Below are positions 26,953 through 39,877 of a stretch of 64,000 bases of DNA, piece by piece. The notes below the pieces were generated by a model. That model saw nothing but the letters and a program-made list of their open reading frames with translations, did not search any database and was not told the origin of the DNA. The translations under genes were made by a program, and so were the position numbers. Location: NCBI GenBank assembly GCA_045837725.1, contig JBEWZL010000096.1, forward strand, positions 62,001 through 126,000. The letters are read 5' to 3'. The DNA is from Vermamoeba vermiformis (lineage: Eukaryota). Each line of letters begins with the position of its first letter. Position 1 is the first letter of the stretch.

Positions 26953-27652
26953 ATGGTTGCCGTTGTATTTATTATGGGCGTTAGCGGATCTGGCAAGACA
27001 ACGATCGGAGAAGGACTTGGTACGTATGTTCCGAAAGGCAAAGTCATCAAAATTAACAAAAAATAATTACATTAATTTTTATAAACATGTACCATTCGCG
27101 TAAATTCGGTTTAGCCTGGTTGTTAGGCTATCAGAATTTTGTACGGAGCTAATTATATTTTTAATTTTAATTTTAGCGAATGAATATAACACCCAGTTCT
27201 ACGATGGCGACAACTATCACCCTGAAAGCAACGTACAAAAAATGAAGAACGGAATAGCACTTACGGATGAGGATCGAAAAGGCTGGCTCGACAAGTTGCA
27301 CGAGTTAGCGGCTAATGCTATTAACAACACTTCTTCGCAACAAAAGTTCGTATTCATTGCATGCTCTGCTTTGAAGGTGGCTTATAGAGAACAACTTACC
27401 CGTGGATTTGAACTCGGCAAGCAAGTGTTTTTCGTGCACTTGAAAGGTCCGTTTGAATTGATTGAAAGTCGTCTTCATAACCGCAAAGGCCACTATATGC
27501 CTGCTTCGCTATTGAAGAGCCAATTTGATACTTTAGAAGAGCCGCACAAGGCCGAAGAAGATCCAACCGGTTACATTACAGCTTCAATTGTACCTCCTGT
27601 GAATGAAGTTGTTGCTAACATTAAGCAAGAACTCGAAAAGAGAATTAAATAA
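26953..27652 (+). CDS. IDNK: Gluconokinase (GntK/IDNK family), 2 exons
   Basis: FIMGVSGSGKTT; DGDNYHPESNVQKMKNGIALTDEDRKGWL; ACSALKVAYR; RKGHYMPASLLKSQFDTLE. Confidence 0.95.
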
Positions 27653-27803
27653 AGTGGCCCAGTTCAATGTTGAGTGTTCACATAAACGAGATTTTGTTCG
27701 CTTGATCTGAATTAAATTTTAGAATTCAACGGCAGAATACCACACTGTATATAATTATGTATATATAGCGACTAAAGTATATATTTATTAATAAGACTGC
27801 AGT

Positions 27804-30800
27804 ATGGAAGACAAGAAAGCGGATACACACCGCCTGCGGTACTACATGGCCAATAAATACGAAGGCGATGTATATGAAACGGATTTTAGCTCAAATAACT
27901 CACCAAGAGAGGGCCAAGGAGGTAGTCCACGCTATTCTTCCGATGAAGACTTGAGATTGAGCAGTGGCAGCGGTAGTGGCTCGCAGATTCTGGGATCTGA
28001 GAAAGACATTTATTATAAAATCTACGATTTTGTAAATGAAGATAGTCACGATAATCTAAGAAGTTCTGCTAGTAGTTTCTTCGGCCAGCCCCCAGGTAAA
28101 TTTTAAATAATTTTTGAAATTTCTATTTTTTGATTGCGCGTTAATACCCGCTTTATAATTAAATAAACCTTCATAATATAATTCATTAATTTATATCTTT
28201 TGACGTAGATATCGAAGATAAGCCTAAGAAAGTTTCGTATTCAATGCCAAACCCATCTGACAAAGATTGGAATAAGGAATTTCAGGAGTTATTAGAACTG
28301 CCTGACACAGAAGAAAAATTCGCTAAAATTAGGCATTTAGCTCAAGATTTCATCTCAATAGGTAAATTACAATTACTCATTCAAGAATAATTATTCTAAA
28401 TACGTCTTTTTGTTTTAGCTACTAACTGCGCCAAAATTATTATATCGGAATTATATTTGCATAAGAAGACTATTAAGCCTTTAGAAATCGGAGGCATCGC
28501 CGGCGGTGATAAAGTAAGGCCTAAAAATTTTTACTTTGATTGGACCGAATTAATTTTTTTATTTTCCGTAGTACTTGTACAGAAACATTTTGTTTAAATT
28601 TGCGTTAGACGTGCAATTCAAAAAGAATTTATGGATGTACGGTGGTCTTGATGCTTCAGACGAACGAGCCATGAAAGGTAAAGTCACTGCCAAAAATTGT
28701 GGTCCGACGCTAACTTTATGACCCGATAGGCGCATCACACGAACTCAAAGGACTAATGCATTATTCATCGATAAGAGTTCCCGGCATCCACTTTCCATTA
28801 ATGGTAATGCTTCATTGTCACGAAATTTCAGTACGCTAATAACGACCTCAGATTTTGATCGATTACAAGGGTTATCGAATGACCGCTCAAAGTTTTCTAC
28901 CGATTCATTCAGATACTATTCGATATGGAAGGTAAATATAGCTTTAATATGCGCGCAAAATAACGGTTTTTGTAGTTCTAATGCCGGATCTGTGGTTCAC
29001 GCGGATATTCCGGATCTTGTTGAAAAAATGAGCAAAATCGGTCAAAAATTGAACTTATGTGCGCATCGCGTGAAAGATAAGACACTTTATGGTCCTGGCG
29101 ACCAGGAAGTTCACATTGGTACTGACGGGCGATATTACTGCATCGATTTGGCACGTGTTTTTCCGTGCGAAGCACCCAAAGTGTAAGAACGATACATTTT
29201 TAATGACCACTTCTAATGTGATAATATATTATTGTTTCTAATGATTTTTGTTTGCAGTAAGACCAGTGAGACTCGGTCCATATTTTATGAAATGTTGCGA
29301 CCAGAATTCGTGTTGAAGTTTTCAGAGCCGTTGAATTCTGACGCATATACTGCGTGGAGCAAAAGTGACCCAAATCACGCCAAGCATAATGCAAGGATAG
29401 AGGCAGCTACTGATAAGTACGTTAAAAACAATATTGTTGCCTTCTTACAGCGACCTAAACGAGTTTTATAGGCTGCACAAAGTTGTTATTGGTGATTTTG
29501 CCAAGTTTTTAGACAAACAAGAATACGTCAAGAAACCTCTCATAGAAAACTTTCAGTCACTACGATTAATTGAAATTTTGCATCGTGAAGGAATTAATAT
29601 TAGGTACGGTTTACTAGCATCGAGTTTCAACAATGACTAATTTTTGATATTTGTAGGCACTTGGGTCGAGTACGAGCCAAATCTAATTCGCCTGTCGTGC
29701 AAAAATTGTTGTTATCAGAAATGGTCGTGCGAATTATTAAGAACATTATTCGACAGCAGTTCAGAGACATTATGAAAGAATCGAAGTACCTCTCTGAAGA
29801 ACAAGTAAGTTCTCAATATATGAGCACGTGACTAGCCCTGGTAGAGATTTATTTTGTCTTCACCAAATTTGGTTAACACAATTGTTTTTGTTCGTACTTA
29901 CGTATTTTACCATAGATGAAAGAAGTGTTTGTGACGTATCTCAATCTCGTCACGGGATACGCATTGAACTCGAATAACTTTTGGAAGAACATTACTAAGC
30001 TCGTTGTGACCAAGTTCCCTGGTTCGATGTCGAGTCAAGAGCTGCAACAGCCTTCGTTCAAACTTCAATCGCACATTGACATTTCATACGTCATTCGAAG
30101 GCTCAGCGACAAGCTAGGCATTGAAATTTCACGAGTAAGATTTCACTTTAAAAATTTACGTTCCGAGAATGAGTAACGAGCATTTGTCTGGCAGGACCTT
30201 GTAATTTCTAAAGGCACCGAGCTGATTTACTGTGACATTGAATCTGTGCAGCCTAAAATCAGATTCATTAATATTCTCGATGAGGCCGAGGTACGTCACC
30301 TATTCGTTACGCGTTTTACCGAAAATTTACCAAATACTTATAAATTTATGAATAGGGAATGTCGTTGTTATTGTTAGGCTTGAAAAAAGAAGGCACTACG
30401 AGACTCAGACTGCTTAAGTTAGCCGCACAAAAGTTCGAAATGGCTTGCGCCAATCTTCCAACGAACTACACCGCGTTACAAGAGTGGGGAAGGTAAACGA
30501 ATTAATCATTATTTAATTATTGCTAATGTTCTGTAGGTCGTTGTTGGAGTACTCTAAACTCATCCCCAAAGAATCACAAGAACACGAGACAGTATTGGCA
30601 AGTGCCACTCAAAAGTACTCGTCAGCATTACAACTGCACGAATCAGAAGACGCGTACAAACATTACAACTCGGTGCTGATTGGTCGGTTGTTGTACTCGC
30701 GGCTGAGTCAAGAATTGTCCTCGGCACTTATCAGAGATTTGACTTCGAGTTTGCGATGTTATTTGAAACTCCGAGTACGTAGTCTAAATATAAGTTTCAG

Positions 30801-33015
30801 AGTTTATATATATTAATATTTACTATTATTAATGCAGCCCACGAAATTATCGAAGCTGTTGCACAAGATCCAAAAGCTGTGGGGATTGTACAACACAAAG
30901 GCCGTAAATTTCAATAGGTAACAATTTAATTTCAAAATTTAAACTAAAATATTAACGATTATTAATATAGGGAGCATTTGCTTGAGATTTGTCTGTTGAT
31001 TAGCAAAATCATTGACGACTCCGTGCAAGATACTTTCATCAGGTACTTCATTTGCAAAGATAATCCAATCACATTATAATAGAGCCATATTAATCGTTAT
31101 TATTTTTGCAGTACTAATAGTCGAGTGCCAAAAATGATGAAAACGAATTTGATTTCAAACAACGTTATGATCACCGCAATTAAGAATTTATTGCTCTCAG
31201 CAATCATCAGTTTCGAACACGCAAAGTTGACAGAGGCAATAGCGGATAATAGGAATACGTTCTTATATATCATGAATTCGGTCAACACGAAGATCTCGCA
31301 GATCAGATCCATCGAAAAATATGTTCGAGCGTTGACTTTGCCAGTACGCGATATTGACCCTAATAACGCTACTCAATGCGACGTTATGATCCTGAAACAT
31401 ATCTCGCACATGATTGGCTTCTTGGCTAATTCTGCAAATTTGAGATTTGCATTGGACAACAAACTTAGCGCAATCACTGAAATTTCGCTGAGCGACGATG
31501 ACGTGTTTGATAAGGCGATTCCAATGATCGCACTCAAGTCGAAGCAATTGAAATCACTCTCTTTGGCTAATGTGTCGTACTTACAAACAAAACTGTTCGT
31601 GGAGCATGTGCCGAAGATAGTCAGCTTGACGTCACTGGATCTGTCTAACAGTCCTATCAACGAAGCGTGTTTGATGGCACTGACGACATTAACGGCGCTT
31701 AGATTCCTAGATATTTCCAAGATTCAAGACATTACCGACGAATCTCTCAAAGTTTTCTTCCAAGCTTGTGGATCCGGCTTGGAACGACTAGATATCTCAA
31801 GTAAGTTTCTATACCTTTACAAACATTACTATTTCATAACAAGAAATAAGATTGCAAGGCAATTAAGGCCTTTTTGTGAAAAAGTGGACTTTTTTATAGA
31901 AAATTGTTTATCCGGCTTAAATTTTCTTGTTTTATTTAGATACGAGAAGAATTAAAGGCGGCTCAATCAATTATTTGCTAATGAACACCACTCGATTACA
32001 ACACTTGAACCTGAACGGCTTGGCGAACATCACCGACGATACAGTTGTGGCTCTAGCGCAGAGTCCTACAGCAGGAGTATTGAAGTCTATTCATATGATT
32101 GGTGTGCACACTGGATTGACCGAACAAGTCGTGGATGTGTTGACGAACAGAACCACTGCACTGACGGATCTAAGTCTAGGTATGACGTCATTATAGGCAA
32201 TCACATAGTGAATTAAATTTAATTGCCATTGTTATAGGAACAATTAAGAAAATCGGAGATAGTTTATCGAAGTTAGCAGATCTGGCACCGAAGTTGAAAA
32301 CTTTGACACTGAAAGGCAAGATTTAACAACGCGTCGTCGTTTATAAGGACCTTTTAATTAATATCTGCTCTTAGGCATGAACGCTACTGATATTGGCTTC
32401 AAGCCAATTTTATCAAATTTAACCAACGCGACACGATTGGTCATTCGCGCGTGCCTTGGTTTGACGGACAAATCATTGGCGACATTGCCTGCAAGCAACA
32501 CTTCACTGCAATCACTGAGTTTAGGAGGGTGCTATAGTATTACTGGCGAGTGTTTCTTAACTCTACGAAACACCTTGACGAGTCTGACGAGTTTGGATCT
32601 GAGCGATGTGACGGCACTGGATCCGGTGCACTTCAGAAAATACGTGTCAAAACTGCACTTGTTGTCACATTTGCAGCTCAACTTCTGTCAGACACTCGAC
32701 GACGATTGCTTCATTGAGATTTTCCCGCACTTGCCGTTCTTACGAACACTCTCCCTGGACAGCAGCCACGTGACAGATGTCACCATCAAACATCTCGTGA
32801 AACATTGTCCGCACTTGGAGCGTTTGGATCTGACCAATTGTTTGCGACTGACCGACAAATCGTTGAATTATTTGACGCTGATGAAGTCACTCAAAGAACT
32901 GTGCATCAAGCACTGTCAATTCTCGGCACCTGCGCTAGAAAACTTGCAAGAGAAATTGCCCTTGGATAATCTACTGACTTCGAGCGGTAGTTATAAGCTA
33001 CGGCAGCACTTTTGA
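27804..33015 (+). CDS. Clu-domain (clustered-mitochondria family) protein with helical/TPR-like middle and C-terminal leucine-rich repeats
   Basis: DWNKEFQELL; GGIAGGDK; ASHELKGL; FPLM|ILIDYKGYR; YG|SSNAG; GPGDQEVHIGTDGRYYCIDLARVFPCE; LRPEFV; LHREGINIR|HLGRVR; then many FBXL-type LRRs (LxxLDLS..C..LTD). Confidence 0.85.
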
Positions 33016-33289
33016 AATAAAAAGGCGCAAGATCCATTTTTTGGGCCACAAAATCTTGATTGTTTGGCATTAGAATGCGATGATGTGCTGGGAGTTGATT
33101 ACTCTAGGCATGTAAATAATCATCAGTTTATAATTATAAGAAAGTGTTTCATCGATGAGGAGATACGAAGAGTTCACAACTTTTATCCGAAAAGTTCAGA
33201 AATTTGTTAGAACACGATATTTAGCGTTCCTTCGACATTTTTTGTCATTAGTTAATACTTTATAACACGTAACAAACGTAAACTTGAAA

Positions 33290-33572
33290 ATGTCGTCGAG
33301 GTAAGAGCATAACTGGAGCGGATGTGGGTTGGAATAGCAATGTGGCTTGAAATATTTCGCGCAGATTTAATCCCTACAACCCGGAAGAAAAATCAAATCC
33401 GATCAAAATTGAAGTGGCGAATGAAAATGAGGATCAAAGCCCATCAAATGTCGTGAATAATAATAACAATAATAGTGGTAATAATGACGTGGCTAAAGAA
33501 CTTACTCCAACAGAAGTAAAAAGAACCCATCTGGTTTTCGATGACTCTTCTTCATCAGAGAGTTCGGAGTAG
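33290..33572 (+). CDS. 72-aa low-complexity microprotein, 2 exons, absent from the ORF track
   Basis: AAAATGTCGTCGAG|gtaaga...gcag|ATTTAATCCC gives MSSRFNPYNPEEKSNPIKIEVANENEDQSPSNVVNNNNNNSGNNDVAKELTPTEVKRTHLVFDDSSSSESSE*, with canonical splice sites. Confidence 0.6.
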
Positions 33573-33638
33573 CAATATTATTAATATTACTATATTTATT
33601 GTAATATATAGCACATAATTATAAACACTGTCATAAAT

Positions 33639-34744
33639 AAACACGTTGTCGTGAATGCCGTTGCCATCCATGGATAAAAACAAGCAGTCAACGGTACCGC
33701 CGCTGGGTGTTGGTAGTGTGAAGTAGTCCGGGCACTCCCAATCACCACCTTCGCCTGGTTCACCGAGCACGAATGGGTGCTTGTACTTCCAATGTTTCAA
33801 GTCTTCGCTTTCATACAGCAAAGTCATCGCAAATCTGTTTCGCATGCCACTGCCGAGGATAAAATACCACTGCAATAAAAGTCAATTATCGTTAAGGCTA
33901 GATTAGAAAAATTGACCGTACTTTGCCGTTCTGGGTCCAAATGGTCGGGTCACGGAAGCCGACGAGAGAGCCTTCAAACTCCGAGGGAGGTCCAGCTACA
34001 ACAGGGTTGGCAGCGTCTTTGTACCAATTGATAAGAAGGCCGTCGTTGCTCTTCGGATAGGCCAGGCAGACGGTCTAAAGTAGGACGATGACACGTGTCA
34101 CAAAAATTTTAACGGATGTCAATACAACTAAACTTACTTGAGCACCAGAATCAACAACGTTTGGTTCATTAATTCCTGTATATATAGCCATGATTTTGGT
34201 ACCGTTGATGACGATTGCACTTCCGCTATTGAAAAATGAAATTAATTTGTGAAATTGGAATCAATTCGCCAAGTGAATCTTTACCTCCAAACACCGTAGT
34301 TATCAGCACCCGCTATAATTGAAATGAATTATTAAATTTCTAAACATTACGCAGACTTACGTTGGTCAGGAGACAGGCCAATGGGCAAGCGCTTCCAAGT
34401 TATAAGATCTTTTGACACAGTATGACCCCAATATTTAATATTAGTGCCATATACTGTCGTCGCATATTGATAGAAGACGTGGTAATAGCCTTGGTAGTAA
34501 AACATGCCATTAGGATCATTCATCCTTAAAGAATTACGGATTAGCAAAACATTCGCTTAATTGAATGAACGATATTTAAAATAGCACTAATGTTGACTAA
34601 TTTATTATATGGATTAAAATTTTCATTGAATTACCATAATTTATCAGGTAAGAAGTGAAACTTGGGTCGTTGCGGATCACTAAGCTCTCCGAGTGCCTTG
34701 AGAGCAGTAGCACTCAATAGTAATACGAATAGTAGCTTCTTCAT
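33639..34744 (-). pseudogene. GH32 invertase/beta-fructofuranosidase, 5' half; broken mid-exon by an inversion, exons otherwise intact
   Basis: Signal peptide [55 protein letters not shown]. Similarity stops abruptly after GIHDNVF at about 33639. Confidence 0.9.
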
Positions 34745-35036
34745 ATTGTTAATTTGTTGCGTTCTTTACGCACACCTTTCTCGTATGACACATAGCCAAA
34801 ATACCTCGGAAAAAATCACTTTTGTGTCTCCTTTGGATCTAAACAAGGAAGGAACAGAGCTTATTAATAGCTGTTGAATATTCTATACGTCATAGTGCCA
34901 CCGAATCAAGAAACAAGCAGAAAATTCTCAACTTTTTCTTCTTGTCTCGTTTGTCCGGTCTCATCGCATTAAATTCCAACAAAACATATTTTCATTAAAT
35001 AATCTCATAGCCTACAACACATAATCACTTTTTACA

Positions 35037-35986
35037 ATGGGAAATATGTAAGTTAAATCGACATAATTGATAATTGATCTGACATGTGATTTGTGTTTAG
35101 AGCGACATTCGAGCAATTACCTTCGCCGCTTAGAAATTTAAATGAAGACAATATGGTCGTATTATTGCAATATTTACATGTCTCAGATTATGTGCATCTG
35201 ATGTCGACTTGCCGCAAGTTCAATAACGAGACTTTAGGCCCTGTAAGTACTTCGTAACCAAATTTAAATTTGATAAATTAAATTTGAAATAATTAACATG
35301 GCCATATTGCCTTTAAAAACTCTGAAATTTCCGGAGATCTGGCATCCAATCACATCCACTTTACTAACTGCCGTTATTTGAAGAATAATTACTATTGGGC
35401 TCAATTAATAAACCGTCCAGCGCCTTTCCCGTCACGATCGGCCCAATACAGCCTCGTCAATCATATCCTAACGACAACGCGTAACGGAAGAAAATTTATC
35501 GTTGATGGCCAGCCAATCGATTTAAATATGGCAATTGATACACGCAACAAAAGATTAGTGAGCCATTTTGACTTTAGAAAGCATATTAAGGAGTATTATT
35601 TGAAAGCAAAGTGCAGTAAAACTTTGCGTAAATTACTGAAGCCTTTTACGAAAGGTACAAACGGAAAATTATCGCCAGAGATTAAAATTGTCGAGAATAT
35701 TCAATTGGACAAGTTTTTTTGCAAATCGGATCCGCTTGAACGAAGCACAATGGCAGATGCGACTTTTGTAGTGGATCTTGGCGTCGATGCAACTTCATTA
35801 GAGAAGTTGAATAATATGCAACTGCCTGCTACATTTAAAAGTCGCCGCATAGTCTACAAATTATCGAATAAGCAAGCACAACGCGAAGAATTTAAATTCC
35901 TCTCGCGTGCTTGGTCAGAAATGGTGCCTGATAAACCCAAATTCGGTAAAAATATGCAATGGAACCGAAAACATGTTCCAAAGTAA
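35037..35986 (+). CDS. F-box protein with N-terminal MGN (possible myristoylation) and unknown C-terminal domain
   Basis: Micro-exon ATGGGAAATAT|gtaagt, then LRNLNEDNMVVLLQYLHVSDYVHLMSTCRKFN (F-box pattern) and NNYYW, joining ORF 35378..35986. Confidence 0.65.
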
Positions 35987-36115
35987 TACACGTGTAATAA
36001 ACAGATTTGAATTGCTGTTAAATAAAAGACAAATTTGCCGCGCCAAACACTGTTTCAAAAGCAAGCCCGTGAAACGCGAGAGCACAAGGGCAACGTAGCA
36101 CTAAATAATATAGAT

Positions 36116-37760
36116 ATGGAGTTACCTGTAGAGATTATCGAGATTATATTGGCCAACGTGAGCTATCAAGATTTGTGCAGGTAATTAACGATCAGATTCG
36201 CCACCTCGACCACCTAAAAAAATACAATTTAGTTTCGTTGTAATATAATGTATTGATTATTTAATAATTATTTTAAACCGTGTGCCTCATTTTTTCTAAT
36301 TTTTTAATTGGAATTCTAGAGGCAGAAGAATATCTCGAAAATGGCGGGACGCAGCTGCCGACTTACTTCGTCGTGGTGCTTACAAACGAGTAAGTATGGT
36401 TAATATTTTGATTATATTGTATTTTTAATGACCATTGTGTTGCTTCAGAAAACGTTGGAAGAAAGAGTTCAATTCCTTCTCTTCAAAATTCAAAAAGAAG
36501 CCAAAAAGAGTGGCAAAAAAGATAAATTACTCAAAGAAGACCTTAATGCGATACTAACGGTAAGTTTTAACTATGATATTTTGCCAATTAATCGCCGATT
36601 TCATCTTGTTTCAAATTGCATCCGTGTTTTCGTAGCTGATTTAATCTTGTTTAAATTGCAACCGATTTCTTACTCACTTGTCATTATTATAGTACGCATT
36701 AGACACTAAGAAATTAGGCGAATCGCCTGTAATTTCTAAGTCCCCGATTCAACTGCCACTATGCCTTGACACAATTGTTCCTCTACGCTGAAGATGAAAT
36801 CGGTCTTTGGGACCATTTTGACGAGGCTATAGCTAAAATAGGTACTTATATATCAATATATTGCTTACAATTATTCGTTAATCAAAAAGTTTCAGAAAGC
36901 AAATTCCACTTTATCATCCGTTCACCGCTGCTCAGCGCATACACAAAAATTCGTTGCCAAGAATTGTACGAGCTTAATTTGGACTTAGTCAACGAAGCTC
37001 TTAACACTCACGCCAATTTAAACCTTGAAGTAAGCTATAAATATATAATGTCTAAGCGAATTAATGCTTGTTAGGTGGATCCGCGTAACGACGGCAGACC
37101 TGAAAACGCTGAAAATCTGGTCAAAGTGTTCAAACATTACTTTGATAATTTTGTACCCGCTATTAAGAAGCTAAATAAGTAATTGTATTTATCTTGGCGA
37201 AATTTCATACTGACTTTTGTGCAGGGCAGCGCTCGGTTGGTTTCAGCACATCTACTACAAGTTTGAGGATACGAGACCGATTAAAGCGATATTAGTAATG
37301 CATTTATTTACTTCCTTCAGTTATTGTGCAATCTTTGGAGCGTGGTTCTTCAAAGAAGGTAAGTTAAAATTTCATACTAAATGAATAGACGAAATGTTGA
37401 TCGGTCATACTGCAGAGCAAAAAATCAATGCCACGCCCTGATAGAACAAGACATTACATATTATTAATGAAAATATTTGCATCAGCAATATTAGGCAACA
37501 AACACAAAGAAGAGTTCATGCGTGGAGCAGATGCGTTCACCGCTGAAGTTGCGCAGCAATTCGAGGAAACTGTTAAGCATTTAATGGTACGTGGCTATAT
37601 ATTTCCGAATAACTGGTACATTAACGATGTTATATAGACGATTGAGGTGGATCCAAGCGCTCTATTTCATAAGGTCAATTTCTCAATTCGTGAGATCTTC
37701 GAGGCTCTAGCAATAGCGAAGGACTTTTATCGCGATAAGGAAAAGAATAAATTAATATGA
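36116..37760 (+). CDS. F-box + degenerate RasGAP-like domain protein, copy 1
   Basis: F-box MELPVEIIEIILANVSYQDLCR|GRRISRKWR. RasGAP-like traces: LNLE|VDP..ENAENL, ILVMHYLLPSV, RHYILLMKIF, KEEFM. Confidence 0.7.
36390..36547 (+). repeat. Near-identical 158-bp intron+exon block shared with 40145..40302
   Basis: By-eye alignment gives 6 mismatches in 158 nt, 3 in the intron and 3 in the exon. Confidence 0.85.
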
Positions 37761-37849
37761 AGATTTTTTTGAATTTGTGGACGTGGCTTGGATAAACTCA
37801 AAGCGCAGAAATGGATCTGATCCAACTTCTACTTTATTCCACAATTGCG

Positions 37850-39490
37850 TTACATCAGAAGTGCACCGGTCAAAGCAGCAACGAAACCAACAGCAGTCCA
37901 GTTCTTAACTGCCTCGCTGACCTTCTTAGTTGGCGATGCAACTGGCACATTGGCACCAGGAGTGCTCGCAGCGCCAGGCGGCAAAGGACACGAAGCAGTA
38001 GCGTTGCACAAGTATGTTGATGGAGCCAAAGTGCGTGAGAGTGAAAGGGAGACTTGGAACTTGTAGTTCTCGATGCTGACACCCTTGTACGATGCGTCCA
38101 CGGCACCACATTGCACATCGTTCTGCGTGTAGAGGTTGAGTTGATTGAAGTCAACAGAGCTGCAGTCATTTAGCGTCAAGTCATTGCAGGTCACATTGAC
38201 CGGATCCAAGGAGCAGCGAGGGAATGAATATGGCAAGCAGTGATAGAAAGAGACATAGGACGGGTCCATCTCACAGCTCATGACCATTATATCGCCGTGC
38301 GAATTCTTTCCAAAACCAGTGCCAAAGTAGTTGTTAATGTCTTTCGAAACAACAATTTTTGCCTTGGCACTCCAAGATTTGGTCTCGTTACGCTGGAACA
38401 AAAACGCTGAGCCAAACGAGCCAGTTTCACCTCCTTGCACTGATTTCTTGGAGATTTCGTTGAAATTTCCATCGGCAGCGTGGAGCGAACGTTTCACGAC
38501 TGGAGGTCCACCTTCATTCGGTGCACCAATCAAGACGTAGTTTGAGTCAATGGTGAAATAAATTGTGCCGACATCGGAGTTCTGACTAAGGCCGAGATCG
38601 TCTCCAAGCACAATCTGGTCTTGCCACACACCGTTGACTTTGGAGATGAAGAGCAGGTAGCCATTACCCACTGCAACGCCAAGTCGTGGGTCAGCAGTGT
38701 AAGGACTAACCACCACAACAGTGTCCTGATCGACCAAGAATGTATAGATGCTAGAAATAGAGCCAAGACTGTACGTGGTGCCAATGTCGTGGGATTGCAG
38801 CAAATTCCATTGCAGGCCAGTACGCTCGTAGATATTGAAACTCGATGAGGAGTTCCATGCGAGTATATGAGTGTCGGTAACGTCGAAGGAAGGCACATTG
38901 CCGCCGATATTGATCGTAGAAATTTCGAGCACGTCGGCTTGTTCCCAGTCAGTTCCGTTAAAAACCAAAGTAAGAATACCCTGGTCGCTAGGGATAATCA
39001 AAGAGTCATCGGACAGAATCTTGTAGAAGCTGTAGAAGGTACCCAATTGGATAAAGCTCTCGTTCGCAGCTTGGTTGGTCGCATCCAGTTGCATCATGCG
39101 GATCCTATTAGATTTGTGGAGGAAATGCCCGAACCACTTGCCATTAGTTGCAGGTTTCCAACGGTTGGCAACGGTAGAATAATTGTAAACAGAATTATAA
39201 GTGTTGCTGTCGGCATCCCACTTGTAGATGGTGATGGCGCCGCTTCCGGGTGGGTATAAGTACGCATTTGCAATCATATAATCTCCAGAAAAATCGCTAA
39301 GCGAAGGATAGCTACCATCAGAGCCGAATCTGTTGTCGTCAGAAACTTTTCTGCCGCCAGTTAAATCCAACGTCTGAAAAAAATTTTAAAATTTTTAAAT
39401 CCACAGTTTTTAGTCTTTACTTACCACATAACAGTTAACGACTGCAATACCGACGCTTAAAAATAGCACAATACATGCAAGACTTCTCAT
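37850..39490 (-). CDS. Secreted or GPI-anchored beta-propeller protein with FG-GAP-like repeats and a Cys-rich stalk
   Basis: Signal exon MRSLACIVLFLSVGIAVVNC|; DNRFGS; VLIGAPNEG; GSAFLF; YFGTGFG; Cys-rich region; P/A/S linker; hydrophobic end TAVGFVAALTGALLM. Confidence 0.75.
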
Positions 39491-39877
39491 TTGTGGTGCA
39501 GTGTTGAGACTTAAACGTTAACAAAATAAACTGTCCGTCGGAACGAAGGCCGCTTTTTGCGACTATAAATAGCCCGTTATCTGTAGTCCTTTTTATATAA
39601 ATAATGGAATGCGGAAACAAAAGATAGGGCCTACTAATACCAGGCGTATAAGTTCAACTGGCAAACGAATTAGAGTTACAATAAATCCGCCGTTCAAAAC
39701 TCAGCTTATTATAATCTCGCCCGATCGTTACAGCAAGTACATCAAATAATCGATTGCAGTCCCTATAGCTTGGTTAGTTCAACTTTTCAATGAATTTGGT
39801 CCCGAACAAAGCTCTTTTTTTTTGAGGCTTGTCTTTTTGGTTTGTGCACAAGAAACTGAGCAAGAGATCTGCTTTTT

